Source: Gekko japonicus
Taxonomy: Eukaryota
DNA length: 64,000 nucleotides
NCBI RefSeq assembly: GCF_001447785.1
Contig: NW_015167060.1
Coordinates: forward strand, 150,041 to 214,040
Direction: 5' to 3'
Every line of letters begins with the position of its first letter. Position 1 is the first letter of the stretch. The position numbers and the translations under genes were made by a program. Shown here in pieces: positions 60,144 to 64,000 of this stretch. The notes below the pieces were generated by a model. It searched no databases. It worked only from the letters and a program-made list of their open reading frames with translations, and had not been told where the DNA came from.

Positions 60144-60820
60144 TCCAATACAAGGCACACACAATCAGGTCACATTTGGAGCTTTAAAATCAGGCATAGT
60201 ATGAAGACAAGCCAGGTGGAGAGAGAACAAAATTGTTTAGGGCAGGCAGGACTCATGCCGAGGTGGGTTTGCTGTCAATTTCTCCTCCTTTGTACAACAG
60301 GCCAACTGTCAAGCTATGAAAGGACAGGGTGGTACAGCCCCATATACACATTCCTCATTGGTTTTCCCCAGCAGGTGTTATCAACGGTGGCCAGAGTCTA
60401 TGCGCATTCCACAGTAACAAATATTCCATCCTGAAAGGTAGTGCCAATGTGAGCACGAGAGAGAGAGGACATAGCAGGAAAGCATCCTGCCCTCCAAGAC
60501 AGAAGGCAACAGCCTATGTGGAAGGGCTAAAAGTGCCAGATGTGATGCTGGAACTTTATGCCATGCATGGCAACAGTCTGCAAAACCCTAATGGTTACAG
60601 AAAGGGTTACAGTGCCTATGTGTGTTTTGTGTGTGTAAAGTGCTGTCAAGTTGCAGCTGACTTATGGCGACCCCGTAGGTTACAAGAGCAAATTTCTTCG
60701 CCTGGCTGATAAGCCCCTTGGTTTAACAACTTCCTGTACCGGATCCTTTGGGCACACAATGCAGTGTGGCCTATCCAAACTTGTGCAGTCCCAGCACAGG
60801 GCCTCTCCCATATAGTCTGT

Positions 60821-61390
60821 TCAGATCTTTGAGGACTCAACTCTCTCAATCCAAGGTGACTCCGAGTTGATACCTCTGGATTCAGCTTGGAGCTGCCGGA
60901 ATTCACTGAGCTGCCTTTCCAGGGCCTGGTTCCGGTGATACATCTCCATGTAGCTGGCCTGAATCTCCCGCTGATAGCGCAGAACTTTCTCCTTCTCCTG
61001 TTGCCAGGTTTTTCGCTCCTGCTCAAAGTTTGCAGCTTGCAGCTGAGCCTGGTGCCTCTCCCGCAGCAGCTCTGCCCATAGCCACTCTGGGCCTTCTGCA
61101 CTCTCCCCCTGCATTCCCCTGCATTTGGAGTCATCCGTTTCACACCCCAAAAAGTCCTGGCATGCTTGCACTGAGGAGTCCCTTGGAGGAAGGGGGGAAC
61201 CGTGCTCTGACAAGGCTTGGAAAGAGTCCCCCAAATGCACCAGTTGTGAGTCCTTGACTTGCAACTCTGTCCGGGCCTCCCGCAGCTGGGACTTCAAGCT
61301 GAAGATCTCACCTAGCTTTTGGGTCATCTCCTCCTGGGTATCTCGGATTTGCTGTTTGAGCAATGAAATCTCCGCAGTCTTCTGACAAAC
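60821..61390 (-). CDS. N4BP3: N4BP3 last coding exon
   Basis: ggcag/GTT...ATC TGA; 570 nt. Confidence 0.92.
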   Translation of the reverse strand, partial: VCQKTAEISLLKQQIRDTQEEMTQKLGEIFSLKSQLREARTELQVKDSQLVHLGDSFQALSEHGSPLPPRDSSVQACQDFLGCETDDSKCRGMQGESAEGPEWLWAELLRERHQAQLQAANFEQERKTWQQEKEKVLRYQREIQASYMEMYHRNQALERQLSEFRQLQAESRGINSESPWIERVESSKI

Positions 61391-62602
61391 CTGCCAAAAG
61401 ATTACATGCAAAGTGAGAATCAGGGAGTACACTACAGAGGGAGAACTGATGATCCACTGAAGCAGCAAAAGTTGGGAAGCTAAGATATTTCCAAACACCA
61501 GAGTTGTGGCCACACTGTAGTCAATGAAACAACAATTAGAATTCTTAGAAAAGAAGAGAGATGGGGAAAAGGCTCAGAGGGGATTATGAACATACTCAGG
61601 GAGACTTTGGTATGACTGCATTTGAAACCTGGCTCCTTAACTGGGTAAGCCATGTGCAGCAGCCCCCAGTCACTTTCCCAGTTACCTAATTGAGCTAATT
61701 AGCTAAAGCTAATCTGCTTCACAAAGACACATGGGAGTTCGTTATCACTGGCACCCTGGCTGCACTCTTAGATGGGGGCAGTTTGAACATCAGCAGTCCC
61801 ATGCATAACCTCAAGGACTCCGTGGAGAGGCAGAATATAACAGTATTTCACGTTTAGGAGAAATCCACAAAATGCAAAGCAGTTATTTCACAGAAAATTC
61901 TCAACTCTGTATCTTTTGCTATTCATCTTTAGGTTGGGAATCTTCAAAGACAGAAGTATGTTTTAATATAAGCATACACGTTATTTGTAACATTCCCACA
62001 TGGACCTACTAAGACATTTTAAAAGCTTCTCAAACTCTAATAACCTCAAACATTCCTGGAAGGCAAAAGGGGTCCATTTCCCTAATAAAAATCAAACCAA
62101 TGGGGCAGACTGTCTATGAAAGTATGTTTTGTGTTCCTATGAAACATTTCCTACACTACATGACATATATAGAGGAACTGAGAATTTTCTGTTAAAGGAT
62201 TCTGCATCTCATTGGTTTTGTTTTTGGTTCCCCACACCCCCACTCCTTTTTGCTTGCAGAAGGCACCAACAGCCAGAGTCACAATGGAGAAGGACTAATT
62301 CGGGGTGGGGTGCCGCTCCCTTTACAAACCCTCTTCATCCTCACCTCCCACTTGGTCTCCTCCAGCTTGGGACTGAGACGCTCTGCCTGCTGCTGCCGTT
62401 GCCTCAGTTCTTCACACTGACTCTGTTGGAGCTCCAGCTCTTCTTGCAGCCGCTTCTTCTCCTGCTGCACCTTATAGAGCTGCAGCTGAAGGGCTCGCTG
62501 GCTGCGCTGGGCCTGTTGTGTTACTTGCTGCAACTTGGCCACGTACATCTGCTTCAGTTCCTCCAGCTCCTCCATCCACAATCGCTGTTTGTCTTCAAAC
62601 AT
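60821..62602 (-). CDS. N4BP3: NEDD4-binding protein 3 (Fez1/LZTS family), last two coding exons 62345-62602 and 60821-61390; 5' exons lie off the right edge
   Basis: Coiled coil ...[26 protein letters not shown]...PKLEETKWE / [14 protein letters not shown]...[37 protein letters not shown]...ESSKI*; syntenic with RMND5B and NHP2. Confidence 0.92.
62345..62602 (-). CDS. N4BP3: N4BP3 penultimate coding exon
   Basis: gcatag/ATG...GAG/gtgagg; 258 nt. Confidence 0.92.
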
Positions 62603-62765
62603 CTATGCAAATAAAAAAAGAAAATCATGGAGGAGAAATGGAGGTCAGCCTCAAGTGAGAGAGCTCTCCCACCCCATAAAGCACACGCCTTCCATGGAAG
62701 GCAAATCCACTTCTCTCAGGAAAGGGCTGTTGGGTATCTTCTTCTGTGCGCTGAAGGTCCTAGGC

Positions 62766-63086
62766 CAGTGATGGCGAACCTTTTAGAGACTGAGTGCCCA
62801 AACTGCAACCCAAAACCCACTTATTTATCGCAAAGTGCCAACACAGCAATTTAACCTGAATACTGAGGTTTTACTTTAGAAAAAACCAACGCATACATTA
62901 ACTTAAGATGATCCAAACAAAGTAAGGAAAGCAATCCCAAATGCTTTCATTTACTTAAAATTATTTGGCAGAGAATTCGACACTTTAATGATGGTCTGGG
63001 CCTGGCTGGGGCGATGGCACGCGTGCCCACAGAGAAGGGCTCTGAGTGCCACCTCTCGCACCCGTGCCATAGGTTCGCCACCACTG
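62766..63086. mobile_element. hAT MITE
   Basis: TIRs CAGTGATGGCGAACCT / AGGTTCGCCACCACTG; 8-bp TSD TCCTAGGC. Confidence 0.92.
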
Positions 63087-63775
63087 TCCTAGGCTTAATC
63101 CACGGCATCCTTAAACAGCAGTACTTTAGACAGGACTAGGGCAGAAGTACTATGGCTTGTTTCAGAACAAGGGAGCTACTTATAAGTAGCCCGATTATAT
63201 ATGTATGATAGATGTCTGCATGCCTGTTTAAAATGGGAAAGGAGCAGCTTTATAATATTCATGTGAAGTTACTGCCCAGCTGTTCAAGGGTGGAGGAATA
63301 AAACACAGCCCAAGATCACCGCAGGGGGAAAAATTATCAACTGTCAAATTAAACCCAGGACCACAGCTCATATCTACAGGGATTTCATGGTCTGCCAGTT
63401 GTCCTTTGACAGAGAGAAGGCACACACTTGTGGCAGCAGTAGTTCGGGATATAGTCCCAGACTACAACCTGCACAGTTCTTTCCTTCACCTGATTGTATT
63501 CCTCATATTAGCAAAAAAAGAGGGTTTTTAAATCAAAACAGAAAGGGCGATGAAGCATCATTAACCAGTGTTGTAGAATGGTTAGCGATTTGGACTAGGA
63601 CCTGGGAGATCCAAGTTCAAACCTCCAGTCATGAAACCCATTTGGTAACTTTGAGCCAGTCACCTCTCAGCCTCACCTACAAGGGAGGGAGAACCATATA
63701 TGCTGCCCTGAGCTCCTTGGCAGAAGAGGAGGATAAACACTAACAGATAGATGGGTAAATTGAAAGAACGTAGGG

Positions 63776-64000
63776 AATATGAAAACTAAGATCATGGCAT
63801 CCGGCCCCATCTCTCCTTGGCAAATAGAAGGGGAAGTCGTGGAAGTAGTGACAGACTTCACGCTCCTGGGATCCCAGATCACCGCAGACTGTGACAGCAG
63901 CCATGAAATTAAAAGACGCCTGCTCCTTGGGAGGAAAGCGATGGCGAACCTCAACAGCATGATAAAAAGTAGAGACATCACCCTGCCAACAAAAGTCCGC
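63776..64000 (+). mobile_element. RTE-BovB LINE, 5'-truncated, running off the window
   Basis: KTKIMASGPISPWQIEGEVVEVVTDFTLLGSQITADCDSSHEIKRRLLLGRKAMANLNSMIKSRDITLPTKVR. Confidence 0.92.

Overview
Vertebrate genomic DNA from a squamate reptile, probably a gecko; the taxon is inferred from Sauria SINEs, Squam3-like SINEs, BovB and many hAT MITEs. The assembly is scaffolded and has one 190-N gap. Four spliced genes were reconstructed by hand from GT-AG boundaries and reading-frame phase. (1) BRD8 (- strand): a complete 22-exon short isoform (957 aa, 34619->10437), plus one distal exon of the long two-bromodomain isoform at 554->258. (2) NHP2 (+): head-to-head with BRD8, with only 247 bp between the ATGs. 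Exons 1, 2 and 4 are present, but exon 3 could not be found. (3) RMND5B (-): complete, 9 coding exons, 391 aa, tail-to-tail with NHP2. (4) N4BP3 (-): the last two coding exons only. The intron leading to the BRD8 long-isoform exon holds a frameshifted, 3'-truncated, CpG-rich copy of the 5' end of BCL2L10/NR-13, joined to hAT-type transposon ends; this is a candidate Pack-TIR gene capture. The same intron holds an RT-deleted L2-clade LINE and a candidate internal promoter for a stand-alone distal BRD8 transcript. Eight two-copy near-identical tandem duplications are scattered through the window and may be haplotype assembly artefacts. Gene identities and comparisons with human, mouse and chicken come from recalled sequences, not database searches.
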